Positions 20,608-29,027 of a DNA stretch of 62,761 nucleotides are shown here, piece after piece (positions within the stretch are counted from its first letter, which is position 1; every line of letters begins with the position of its first letter). The notes beneath the pieces were generated by a model. It was not told the origin of the DNA. It worked only from the letters and a program-made list of their open reading frames with translations, and did not search any database. The DNA lies in contig JBNKCR010000038.1 in NCBI GenBank assembly GCA_050287845.1, forward strand, positions 1 to 62,761, given 5' to 3'. The translations under genes were made by a program, and so were the position numbers. The DNA is from Polyangia bacterium. GTDB lineage: Bacteria > Myxococcota_A > Polyangia > JAAYKL01.

Positions 20608-21720
20608 TCAGCGAACCTTCAGCTCGCCACAGGTGTCCAGCAGGGAAACCAGAAATTCCTCGGCCAGTTCGGCCATTTTTTCGTCTTCGCTGACGGCAGA
20701 GAGATGGCTCTCGATGATTGTGTTGGCGCCTTCCGCCTCGGCCAGCGCATTCAGGGTGTTGAAGATTTCATCGTCAATTACCGGCAGGGCAAAGAGCACC
20801 TCCATCTTTTCGCGGATTTCCTCATCGTTTTTGTCCATGGCCACAGCTTTGTAGGCGTCTATCGCAGCGTCCCAGGCGTCCTCATCTTCGAGAATCTGCA
20901 GGGTCATGGACGACAGCTCTTCAACCATTCTGGGGTGTTTCAATACATCGATGGCGAGCGCCCGCATGGCTTTTTGCAGGGATTTGAGTTTTCCCACGTT
21001 TTTAAGCAGGGTAACCATTTCGTCCTCGGCGTGGCCTTCGCAGTTCTGAATCCACGCTTCCACTTTTTCGGCGGTTTCATCGGATTTGCCGTCGACCGCC
21101 AGATTCAACGTGATGGCAAACAGTTTCTGCGAGACCTTGGGGGACATATTGCCCTGAATGGTGGCGGTGGCCAGTTGCCCCTGAATTTTGAGCATCGGCA
21201 TGAGCTTTTTTATCACGTCCTTCATGCGATCATCTTTAAGCAACTCGTTCTGAATGCGTTCTTCAAGGATTTCCTTGGCCACGGCCGTGCCTTTGGCCGT
21301 GACTTTTTTCTTGTAATCGGAGACGCCACCGGAGGCGATGGCTTTGCCCAGGAGGGTGAGTTTGTTTTTCACGCCGGATGTGGCTTTGTCGGCGATTTTG
21401 TCAATTTTCTTCTTCACTTCCTTTTCTTTGAAAACTTCGGAGATGAGAAAGCTGATGGCTTCGGTCACTTTTTCGGATTCAAGGGTTTTGTCCGCCAGGT
21501 TCTTCGCCATTTTTTTTCCGGCTTCGGTGACTTTGTGTGCGGCTTCTTCTCCGAGCCATCGAACGATGGTGCTTTCTGCCTGGGCCTGTTCCGCGGAGAG
21601 CTCTGTGTCCGATGTGTCACCGGCGGTCTCTTCGGTTTTGGGTTTTTTGGATCCGCACGCTGACAATGTCAGTATCATGGCGCCCAGTGATGTGATAATC
21701 GCGAAACGAATGACTTTCAT
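20608..21720 (-). CDS. Hypothetical all-helical lipoprotein
   Basis: GGAGG RBS; MKVIRF...LSAC lipobox; Lys/Glu-rich helical body. Confidence 0.75.
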   Translation of the reverse strand: MKVIRFAIITSLGAMILTLSACGSKKPKTEETAGDTSDTELSAEQAQAESTIVRWLGEEAAHKVTEAGKKMAKNLADKTLESEKVTEAISFLISEVFKEKEVKKKIDKIADKATSGVKNKLTLLGKAIASGGVSDYKKKVTAKGTAVAKEILEERIQNELLKDDRMKDVIKKLMPMLKIQGQLATATIQGNMSPKVSQKLFAITLNLAVDGKSDETAEKVEAWIQNCEGHAEDEMVTLLKNVGKLKSLQKAMRALAIDVLKHPRMVEELSSMTLQILEDEDAWDAAIDAYKAVAMDKNDEEIREKMEVLFALPVIDDEIFNTLNALAEAEGANTIIESHLSAVSEDEKMAELAEEFLVSLLDTCGELKVR

Positions 21721-21874
21721 CTTGCCTCCGAATTGCCTTGAGAAGGTTGAGACAGTAATAATAGGGTACAAAAACCGAAGTGAAAAGATTTTAGCCGGTT
21801 TCTGTAAAACCTTTTCCTTCAGGACGGCAGCGGCGCCTGAATCCCGTGGGGAGCGCCCGGGACACAATGATTTT

Positions 21875-21901
21875 TGAGCCGTTTCTGCAGTGATGTACGT
21901 C
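21875..21901 (+). promoter_or_regulatory. Possible ECF-type autoregulatory promoter
   Basis: TGAGCC-N17-CGTC about 30 bp before the ECF sigma gene; CGT-containing -10 boxes are typical of ECF promoters. Confidence 0.35.
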
Positions 21902-21929
21902 GAAATCGAGTGAGGACATTTGAATTGAA

Positions 21930-22574
21930 ATGAATTTTCAGAACAACAGCCACCCGGTATCGTCCCGGAATCCGGCCACCGTATTTTATATTGGCCGGGA
22001 ATTTGCCATTGTGGATGGACTGAAGAATCGAGATCCGGATGCGCTGGCCGGGTTGTTTGATATGTACGCGTCCTATATTCAGAAGATACTGGCGCGGGTT
22101 CTCGGGTCGCGGCATTTTGAACTCGATGATTGTCTCCAGGAGACGTTCATGACGGCTTTTTACAAAGCAGGGCAATTGAAGGACGCCAGTTATCTGAAAA
22201 CCTGGCTGACGCGGATTGCAATTCATCGGGCGCTGGATCAATTGCGAAAACGAAAGCGGGAAAGCTGGCTGCAGTTTCGCTCGCCGGAATCCCTGCCCGC
22301 TGTTCCGGTTTCGGCGCATCGTCTCGAGGATGCGGAAGCCCTTTCGGCGGTCTATATCATTCTGGATGCGATTCCCCACCGGGAGCGGGTGATGTTCACG
22401 CTGCGCCGTCTGGAAAAAATGACGGTACCTGAAATTTCGGCGGCGTGCGGCGTGTCGCAGGCAACGGTGAAACGGCGTATTGCATCTGCCCAGAAGCGAT
22501 TTGAAAAACTGGCGATGGCAACCCCGGCGCTCGAATGTTGGTTGAGCGAGCACGGGGTCTGGAGGGATAGATGA
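21930..22574 (+). CDS. ECF RNA polymerase sigma factor
   Basis: DDCLQETF, TWLTRIA..ALDQLR (region 2); EISAACGVSQATVKRRIASA (region 4). Confidence 0.92.
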   Translation: MNFQNNSHPVSSRNPATVFYIGREFAIVDGLKNRDPDALAGLFDMYASYIQKILARVLGSRHFELDDCLQETFMTAFYKAGQLKDASYLKTWLTRIAIHRALDQLRKRKRESWLQFRSPESLPAVPVSAHRLEDAEALSAVYIILDAIPHRERVMFTLRRLEKMTVPEISAACGVSQATVKRRIASAQKRFEKLAMATPALECWLSEHGVWRDR

Positions 22575-23854
22575 CGAATCCCAATGCGTTTGAAATTATA
22601 GCCAGGATGCAGGAAGCGGAACTCGCGTCTTCGCAACCCGCGCTGGCGAAGACGAAACAATCCCTGATGCAGCAGGTACACAACTCTCGAAGTCCACGTC
22701 GTCGATCGCGATTGTGGCTGTCGGTGGCGGTGGCAGCGGTTGTGGTGGCGGGAATGGTTCCCGGATATCTTTTTCTGCGTGGAGACTTCGGCCTGTCTTC
22801 CGTACTCAGTGCGCCCAGTCGCTGGCTGGTGGCTTCCTCCACTGAGAGTGAGTCCATGGCATTTGCCGATGGCTCGAATATCCGGTTGTCTCCCGGTTCC
22901 GCTGCACGGGTGTTGCAGACGGCGCCTCATTCTGTTCGGGTGCTTGTTGAAAACGGCCGCGCAGATGTGCGGGTGACCCATGCCCGAAAAACAGAATGGC
23001 TGCTGGAAGCGGGGCCGTACACGGTGCGGGTGACCGGAACACAGTTTGCCATCTCGTGGGAAGCGTCGACGGAGCGCTTTAAACTGTCGTTGAAAAAAGG
23101 CTCGGTTCTGGTAACGGGCCCCATGCTTGAAGAAGGAAAAATTGTTCGCCAGGGAGAGCACATCGCTGCGGCGGTCCGGCAGAAGCGAATTGAGATTACG
23201 GGAACCGGGCTAAAGGAGAGCATGGCGGATGACGCATCGGGCAAGGAGAATGCGATGGGCGGTGGTTTTTCGGACGCTGCGGGGGAATTGGCGAACCGCA
23301 AAACAGAGGTGTCGCAAAAGTCATCTGCAAAACACCGGGCCACTCCGGATGGGGACGCGATGAAATCTTTGGGGGGGGCGCAAAAAGAGAAGTCGTGGTC
23401 CAGTCTGTGCCGAAAGGGCGAGTTCCGGGAGGTGGTGCGCCAGGCCGAAGCCCGAGGGGTGGAGACGGTCATACAGTCCGGGACCCTGGCCGATTTGATG
23501 GCGCTTGGCGACGCCACGAGGCTCACGAGAAAACGCGCCATATCAGCGGATGTCTATCTGGCGGTTCGAAAACGGTTCCGCAATACGGCCCAGGCCGGCG
23601 CCGCAGCGTTTTACCTGGGGAAGATGGCCTTTGATCAGCAGCATGCATTCGGGACCGCCGCGACGTGGCTCAATACCTATCTGCATGAATCCCCCCGGGG
23701 AACCTTCGCCCGGGACGCCCTGGGCAAACTGATGGAAGCGCAGCATCGCAATGGTGAGACGGTTGCCGCCAGCCGGAATGCACAACAGTATCTTGAACAA
23801 TATCCCGACGGTGCCCACGCGGACATTGCCCGAAAAATTCTGGACCGGAAGTGA
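22571..23854 (+). CDS. FecR-like anti-sigma factor with C-terminal TPR
   Basis: TM helix; FADGSNIRLSPGS, VRVTGTQF; TPR-like tail YLEQYPDGAHA; ATGA-type coupling to the sigma gene. Confidence 0.85.
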   Translation: MTNPNAFEIIARMQEAELASSQPALAKTKQSLMQQVHNSRSPRRRSRLWLSVAVAAVVVAGMVPGYLFLRGDFGLSSVLSAPSRWLVASSTESESMAFADGSNIRLSPGSAARVLQTAPHSVRVLVENGRADVRVTHARKTEWLLEAGPYTVRVTGTQFAISWEASTERFKLSLKKGSVLVTGPMLEEGKIVRQGEHIAAAVRQKRIEITGTGLKESMADDASGKENAMGGGFSDAAGELANRKTEVSQKSSAKHRATPDGDAMKSLGGAQKEKSWSSLCRKGEFREVVRQAEARGVETVIQSGTLADLMALGDATRLTRKRAISADVYLAVRKRFRNTAQAGAAAFYLGKMAFDQQHAFGTAATWLNTYLHESPRGTFARDALGKLMEAQHRNGETVAASRNAQQYLEQYPDGAHADIARKILDRK

Positions 23855-23935
23855 TAGCTCAGATGGCGTCCGGCGGATGGACTGGAACTCCACTCTCGTA
23901 AAAATCAATGAGACGCGGTATGCTGTTTGTAGAGT

Positions 23936-25051
23936 ATGTCTGAATATCCAATACCAGAGATGCCTTTTTTCAGAGGTGCCGGGGCGCCGGGGGGGGCACC
24001 GCATCTTCGCGTCATCAGAAACGCCCCTGACGAGATGGTGGCGTCTGTGTCCACTTCCGTCGTTGTGATGGGGATTGTCCGGATGATTGGGGTGTTGCTG
24101 TTCATCCTCCTGCCCGCCATAGCCCACGCCGAAAACCGCCGGGTGACCATGATGCGCACCGGCGCTCAGGAGGCATTCTGGACGAGACTGGCCGCGGAAA
24201 TGGAGATTGCCGGATTTTCGATATCGGATTATCCGGGAGACGATGCGCCGGGGGAAAGCGACATTGAAACTGTTCTGGAGACGTCCTGCGCATTTGTGTT
24301 CATTCGGCCAGTGACCCGCACTGTGGCGTTGTACTACCGTACCCCGGATGGACAACTCCCGCATCTGGTCATGCCGATGCCGAGAACCGGAGAAGAGGAG
24401 CAGGTGACATCCATTCATCTGGCGGAAGTGCTGCGGGTGGCGTTCGACAATGGCACCTATCTGCGAACCGCAGTGGACAGATCTCCGGTGTCGTCGGTGG
24501 CATCGGCAGGTTCAGGAAGAAGAGACAGATTCATTGGTGAGCTCGCGCCGGAGCTGCTCTTCGGCGATTTGTCCCGGTCACCGCAGATAGGCATTCGTGG
24601 GGCGCTGGGCGTGCAGCTGAAACCGGGGATGCATGGGGCGCTTCGGGTTCACGCCCCCATTCGGGGGATTGCCATCCGGGAGCCGGAAGGAGAGATGCGG
24701 ATTGTGATGGCCGGATTTGGCGCCCATGTCGGTATGTCGACGTCATTGGGAGGAATTCGTCCCGGGGTGTGCCTGGGCTATCAACTATGGCTGCTTCGGG
24801 CGACCACCACGCCGGCTGCCGGATTTGAAGGGCAAAAAAGTCTGGAAGTCACAGGGGGGCCAGTATTGTCCTTTGGCGCCACCCTGATGATGAACCGTCG
24901 CCTGGGAATTGCGCTGGGAGGGACCGTAGCCTTTGTCGCGCCGGCGGTTTCATATGGGGTGACCACCCGGAATGTGGCCACGATTGGTCGACCCCTGCTT
25001 GGGATTTCGCTGGGCATCTCCCGGTTTCCCGAACGAAGGAGGGGGAAATGA
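23936..25051 (+). CDS. Hypothetical exported protein, possible C-terminal beta-barrel
   Basis: Signal peptide ending AIAHA (true start probably later, e.g. ATG 24068); alternating Gly/hydrophobic strands. Confidence 0.6.
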   Translation: MSEYPIPEMPFFRGAGAPGGAPHLRVIRNAPDEMVASVSTSVVVMGIVRMIGVLLFILLPAIAHAENRRVTMMRTGAQEAFWTRLAAEMEIAGFSISDYPGDDAPGESDIETVLETSCAFVFIRPVTRTVALYYRTPDGQLPHLVMPMPRTGEEEQVTSIHLAEVLRVAFDNGTYLRTAVDRSPVSSVASAGSGRRDRFIGELAPELLFGDLSRSPQIGIRGALGVQLKPGMHGALRVHAPIRGIAIREPEGEMRIVMAGFGAHVGMSTSLGGIRPGVCLGYQLWLLRATTTPAAGFEGQKSLEVTGGPVLSFGATLMMNRRLGIALGGTVAFVAPAVSYGVTTRNVATIGRPLLGISLGISRFPERRRGK

Positions 25052-26607
25052 TTCGGTTGAAGAGGCTGGTGTGGGTTGTTCTTTCGATGATGGTGCTGCA
25101 GTGGACAATATGGGGCATCTGCGGATGCGGAGAACGTCAGGTGCTGCTGATTCGGGAAATGGCGCACGACACTTCGTCAGAGACCGCCGGGGACGATTCC
25201 GGAACCACACCGGATTCCGAAACCGTGGCCGAAACCGAAACCCTCGTGGCAACAGAAACGACAACCGACACGGATTTCGAAACAGAAACCGCAATCGACA
25301 CCAACACAGAAATAGAAACTGCAGTCGAAACCGAAACGGCACCAGTCCGGAATTGCCAGTTTGACGCAAATCGCATACGGGTGACGGAAGTCGATGTGGG
25401 ACAGACGGTTCTGGCCAATGAAGAGGATGCCGCACTGATGCCCATCGCCATCTCGCCAGTCCCGGAAGGGGGCAGTCGGCTGGCCTGGATGGGCAAAGAC
25501 GGTGCGGTGCATATTACCACACTCAACGACGCTGATGAAATCGTTGAGAACAGTCAGGCGTTCAGCGCCGTTGATTTTCAGGACGTGCATGCCACTTCCG
25601 ATGGCGGAGTGCTGTTGCTTACCCGTGACGCGGCGGGTGGCGGAACCCTGAACTGCGGCGCTGAAAGCAATCTGTGTTATCTCCCGGAATCACCGATACC
25701 CTGCTACGACATGTACATGGTTCGATTTGACGAAAGCGGGGAGCGGTGGGCAACCCGGCTGACCTCCGCCAGTGAATCTCTCCCGCCGTACTCCATCGGC
25801 CCTGGCGGTCCACCGGTAACGATGATCTGGTGGTATGCCCACCATGGCCGCATTGCCTCCAATGGCAGTTCATTTGCCGCCTATTTTGGCAGTGCGCTCA
25901 GCAGTTCCAATGGCAGCTGTATCGATATTTACCAGGGAGACCGGATGCGGGTGGTGGATGAGACCGGCGAACTGATGGATGGGGGATTCGGTTGGGGAAT
26001 CAGCCCCAGCGGCTACCAGCACGTTATCTGGAACTCCGCCGCCCATGCCTACGTGTCGGTATGCAAGACGCAGTCGGGTTCTTCGGGGATTGCCGCATTC
26101 GCACCGGACATGTTCGGCATCTGGTCTGTCGATCCGATTTACGCCAATTTCAGCGAGCTGGTGCTGGCCGACAATGGCGGCTACTGGCTGGCGTTGAGTA
26201 ACCGAAAAATGAATCAGCCGGAACAGGCCGAAGGGCTTGCGGAAATTCATCTGCTCCAGTTCACTTCTGATGAAATTAAAGTTCATGAGATAATATCATT
26301 AACGGCGAACGCCAATGTCCGTTCTCCCCATATTGCGCCATTCGAAAACGACACCCTGCTGCTTCTCTATGAAACGGCCACCACGCCCGGAGAGATGGTG
26401 CAGGCCGACGAACGCACCACCCTCATTGAACAGCGAAGCCGGGCCAATGGCGTGCGGCAGGGGATGCCCATTGCGGTGGATTCGTTTACCGGCCATCGAT
26501 ATCACGCCATGCGGGCGTTCCCCAACGGTTCGGTGGCCATGGCAAACCGGGGAGATGGGCCTGACACCATAAAAATTCTCCGGGTGTTGCCGTGTGATGC
26601 CCATTGA
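25048..26607 (+). CDS. Exported/lipoprotein with Glu-Thr linker and beta-rich domain
   Basis: Hydrophobic N-terminus with CGC; ETETL/ETTTDTD low-complexity linker; coupled to the upstream gene. Confidence 0.7.
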   Translation: MIRLKRLVWVVLSMMVLQWTIWGICGCGERQVLLIREMAHDTSSETAGDDSGTTPDSETVAETETLVATETTTDTDFETETAIDTNTEIETAVETETAPVRNCQFDANRIRVTEVDVGQTVLANEEDAALMPIAISPVPEGGSRLAWMGKDGAVHITTLNDADEIVENSQAFSAVDFQDVHATSDGGVLLLTRDAAGGGTLNCGAESNLCYLPESPIPCYDMYMVRFDESGERWATRLTSASESLPPYSIGPGGPPVTMIWWYAHHGRIASNGSSFAAYFGSALSSSNGSCIDIYQGDRMRVVDETGELMDGGFGWGISPSGYQHVIWNSAAHAYVSVCKTQSGSSGIAAFAPDMFGIWSVDPIYANFSELVLADNGGYWLALSNRKMNQPEQAEGLAEIHLLQFTSDEIKVHEIISLTANANVRSPHIAPFENDTLLLLYETATTPGEMVQADERTTLIEQRSRANGVRQGMPIAVDSFTGHRYHAMRAFPNGSVAMANRGDGPDTIKILRVLPCDAH

Positions 26608-26741
26608 CCACGGATTGCGCTGCGGTGCAGCTTGCCGTCCGGTCCGGTGACGCCGCTTCCCGGAAGCGATAGAAAATTTTTATCCCAATTTCGGCTCGTT
26701 ATGTTATGATTTCTTCATCATTAAAAAAAGGGAGGTGTTTC

Positions 26742-28394
26742 GTGACGACGCATAAAATTCTGATGGTTTCGGCAATGGTCCTGGTGACATGGGTTGCTGG
26801 TTGTTCTTCAGTCGGCTCCGGTTCGGGAGGAGACGATTCGGCCAATCTCACCGATTCCAGTTCTGCAACGGTTGGAGATACCCCCACTGAGATCGGCAGT
26901 GACTCCGCGACGGCTACCGGAACGGGGGATGCGCCGGACACCGCGTCCATTTCGGATGACGGGATGGACACCCCAACGGAAACGAATTCAGAATTGTCCA
27001 CTGACACCGCTCCTGTCTGCGTGTACAACGACCGGACGTGGCAGATTGGCGACAGATTTGCCAACACCGATGGATGCAATGAGTGCACCTGCATGTTGAT
27101 GTCCGATGTCGAAGCTGGGGTGGCCTGTTCGGACACGGTTTGCGCCCAACCCTGTGTTGATTTAAGCGAGACCGACTGTGATCAGACGTCCAACTGTCGT
27201 TCCATCCGGGCCCGCGCCATTGATGCCACGGAAGCTTGCCTGACACCGGCAACATTTGTGGGATGCATCTCCGCCGATGTCGAGTGTGACCAGGCCATTA
27301 CCGTGGCCACATCCGACGATGGTTGCTGGCAATTCACCGACGGTTGCATCCCAACGACGGGCAACTGGGCGCCGGTGGGGGGATCGCTGGAGACCGCATG
27401 CGGCATCAGTGAGAGTGTTCTTCCCGCCTGCAGCGAACCGGACACAGATTCCGACACGGACAGCGACCCATTGCCCACCTGCGAGTATGGGGGCAACACC
27501 TACGAATTTGGCGATACCTTCCCGGAAGGCGACGGGTGCAATACCTGCTTCTGTGACATGGATGCGGCGGGGAATCCGGTTGTCGGATGTACCGAGCGGT
27601 ATTGCGCGCCAGTGTGCGAGTCGCTGAATGAAACCGCCTGCAAGGCAGATTCCTCCTGTACATCCATCATGGCCACCCCATACGATCCGGATTCCAGATG
27701 CATGAGCGACCCCGTCTTTGTCGGGTGTATGTCCGCGGACACCGGATGTACCGCTGTCATCACCTACGCGTTGAGCAATGGCGTCTGCTGGCAGTTCAGC
27801 AGCGGCTGCATTCCGGAAAATTTCCAGTATGAAAGCAAGGGCGGAACCCCTGCCACCGGCTGTAACATGGAAATCGGGGAACCGGAGCGCTGCGAGGCCA
27901 ACACCTGCGACGCCCTTGGGGAAACCTGCTGCACCGCCACCTGCCCCTGTCCCACCGCCGACGGTACCCAGTGTGTGATCACCCACCTGGACACCGATGA
28001 CATGCGGATGATGGGAAAGTGCACGCCGTTCTACCAGACGGATGCCCCCACGCAGAGTTGCTGGCGGGGCAGCGATTGTGAGTCGGAACAGTTCTGCGAA
28101 GGGGCCAGAGTGTGCCCATGCGGAATCTCCTGTGTGGCGCCGGATGTCACCGGCATCTGCGTAAGTGCATCGGGCAAGGCCTGCAATGCGGATTTGGATT
28201 CCATTCAATGTCCGGATGGCTACATCTGCACGGACATGGGTGACGAAGGCGACATCTGCCTGCACAAACCCGGTGGCCTGCAGTGCTGGACTGACGCAGA
28301 TTGCGACGAAAAAGGTCTCGTATGCAAAGATGCGAGTCCCTGTGGCAGTATGGTCGACTGCACGTCCCGCCCCGGCACGTGCGTACCGCAATAA
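26742..28394 (+). CDS. Cys-rich lipoprotein with duplicated VWC/pacifastin-like modules
   Basis: GGAGG then GTG 26742; lipobox VAGC; CVYNDRTWQIGDRF..DGCNECTC and CEYGGNTYEFGDTF..DGCNTCFC. Confidence 0.8.
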   Translation: MTTHKILMVSAMVLVTWVAGCSSVGSGSGGDDSANLTDSSSATVGDTPTEIGSDSATATGTGDAPDTASISDDGMDTPTETNSELSTDTAPVCVYNDRTWQIGDRFANTDGCNECTCMLMSDVEAGVACSDTVCAQPCVDLSETDCDQTSNCRSIRARAIDATEACLTPATFVGCISADVECDQAITVATSDDGCWQFTDGCIPTTGNWAPVGGSLETACGISESVLPACSEPDTDSDTDSDPLPTCEYGGNTYEFGDTFPEGDGCNTCFCDMDAAGNPVVGCTERYCAPVCESLNETACKADSSCTSIMATPYDPDSRCMSDPVFVGCMSADTGCTAVITYALSNGVCWQFSSGCIPENFQYESKGGTPATGCNMEIGEPERCEANTCDALGETCCTATCPCPTADGTQCVITHLDTDDMRMMGKCTPFYQTDAPTQSCWRGSDCESEQFCEGARVCPCGISCVAPDVTGICVSASGKACNADLDSIQCPDGYICTDMGDEGDICLHKPGGLQCWTDADCDEKGLVCKDASPCGSMVDCTSRPGTCVPQ

Positions 28395-28689
28395 CAGCCC
28401 CTTCCTCCCCCTTTCCCATTTCAGTCAAAGGGGTAGATAAACACACATCATCTGATGCATCACGTCCGCTCGCTATTCCCTTTTCATCGGTTTTCAGCAT
28501 GCAATCCAATCGTGCCATGGCGGCCGTCTGAAAGGCGTAAGTGTCCCATGAATCACACAACTCTGTAGGTTGTATCATATTTTGAAATAATTTAGATTTC
28601 TAGAAAACGTAATAAAAACAGATGCTTAGGTTGGTTACTGGGATTGCGTCTCAAAAAATTGCACCCGGTTGCACAATTTCGGATTGCTA

Positions 28690-29000
28690 TGTGAATTCCG
28701 ATGATTCGCATCCTGCTCCAGTTATTAAGCAACATCTATCCCTGTTTGTCAACGCACCGATTGCCCCGGTTGTGACCTCCCCCGGCGTGACCCGTAGCTG
28801 AATCTGTTGAATACCGGCTCAAACACTTCAGTGAGGATTGTCACTCACGCCTGTTGTACGACCTTGTCCTTCACTGTCACGATTCCCAATGGACGCTGAC
28901 GCCCCTCGTCTCTGGTGATGGATACGCGCTTTGCCGGTGTGGCGCGATATCTGCCGTCGTGAAGTTCCTTCTCCAGTTCCGGCAACCGCAACACCCGGTT
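28690..29000 (-). pseudogene. Degenerate group II intron reverse transcriptase/maturase fragment
   Basis: Minus frame from 29000 reads ELHDGRYRATPAKRVSITRDEGRQRPLGIVTVKDKVVQQA*VTILTEVFEPVFNRFSYGSRRGRSQ; TGA at 28847-28845, then frameshifts. Confidence 0.85.
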
Positions 29001-29027
29001 TGAGACCCCATTTGTCCCTATGTCGTG

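Noticed and set aside
20578..21663. Long antisense ORFs (also 11707-12621, 27162-28391, 50445-51377, 59715-60803)
   Set aside because: Shadow frames of real genes on the opposite strand
28400..28580. Possible integrase C-terminal remnant (DTYAFQTAAMARLD)
   Set aside because: Similarity is too short and no catalytic R-H-R-H motifs are visible
28690..29000. Retron, DGR or defence-associated RT
   Set aside because: Motifs are group II intron-like, the frame is broken, and no template/variable repeat pair or msr-msd was seen
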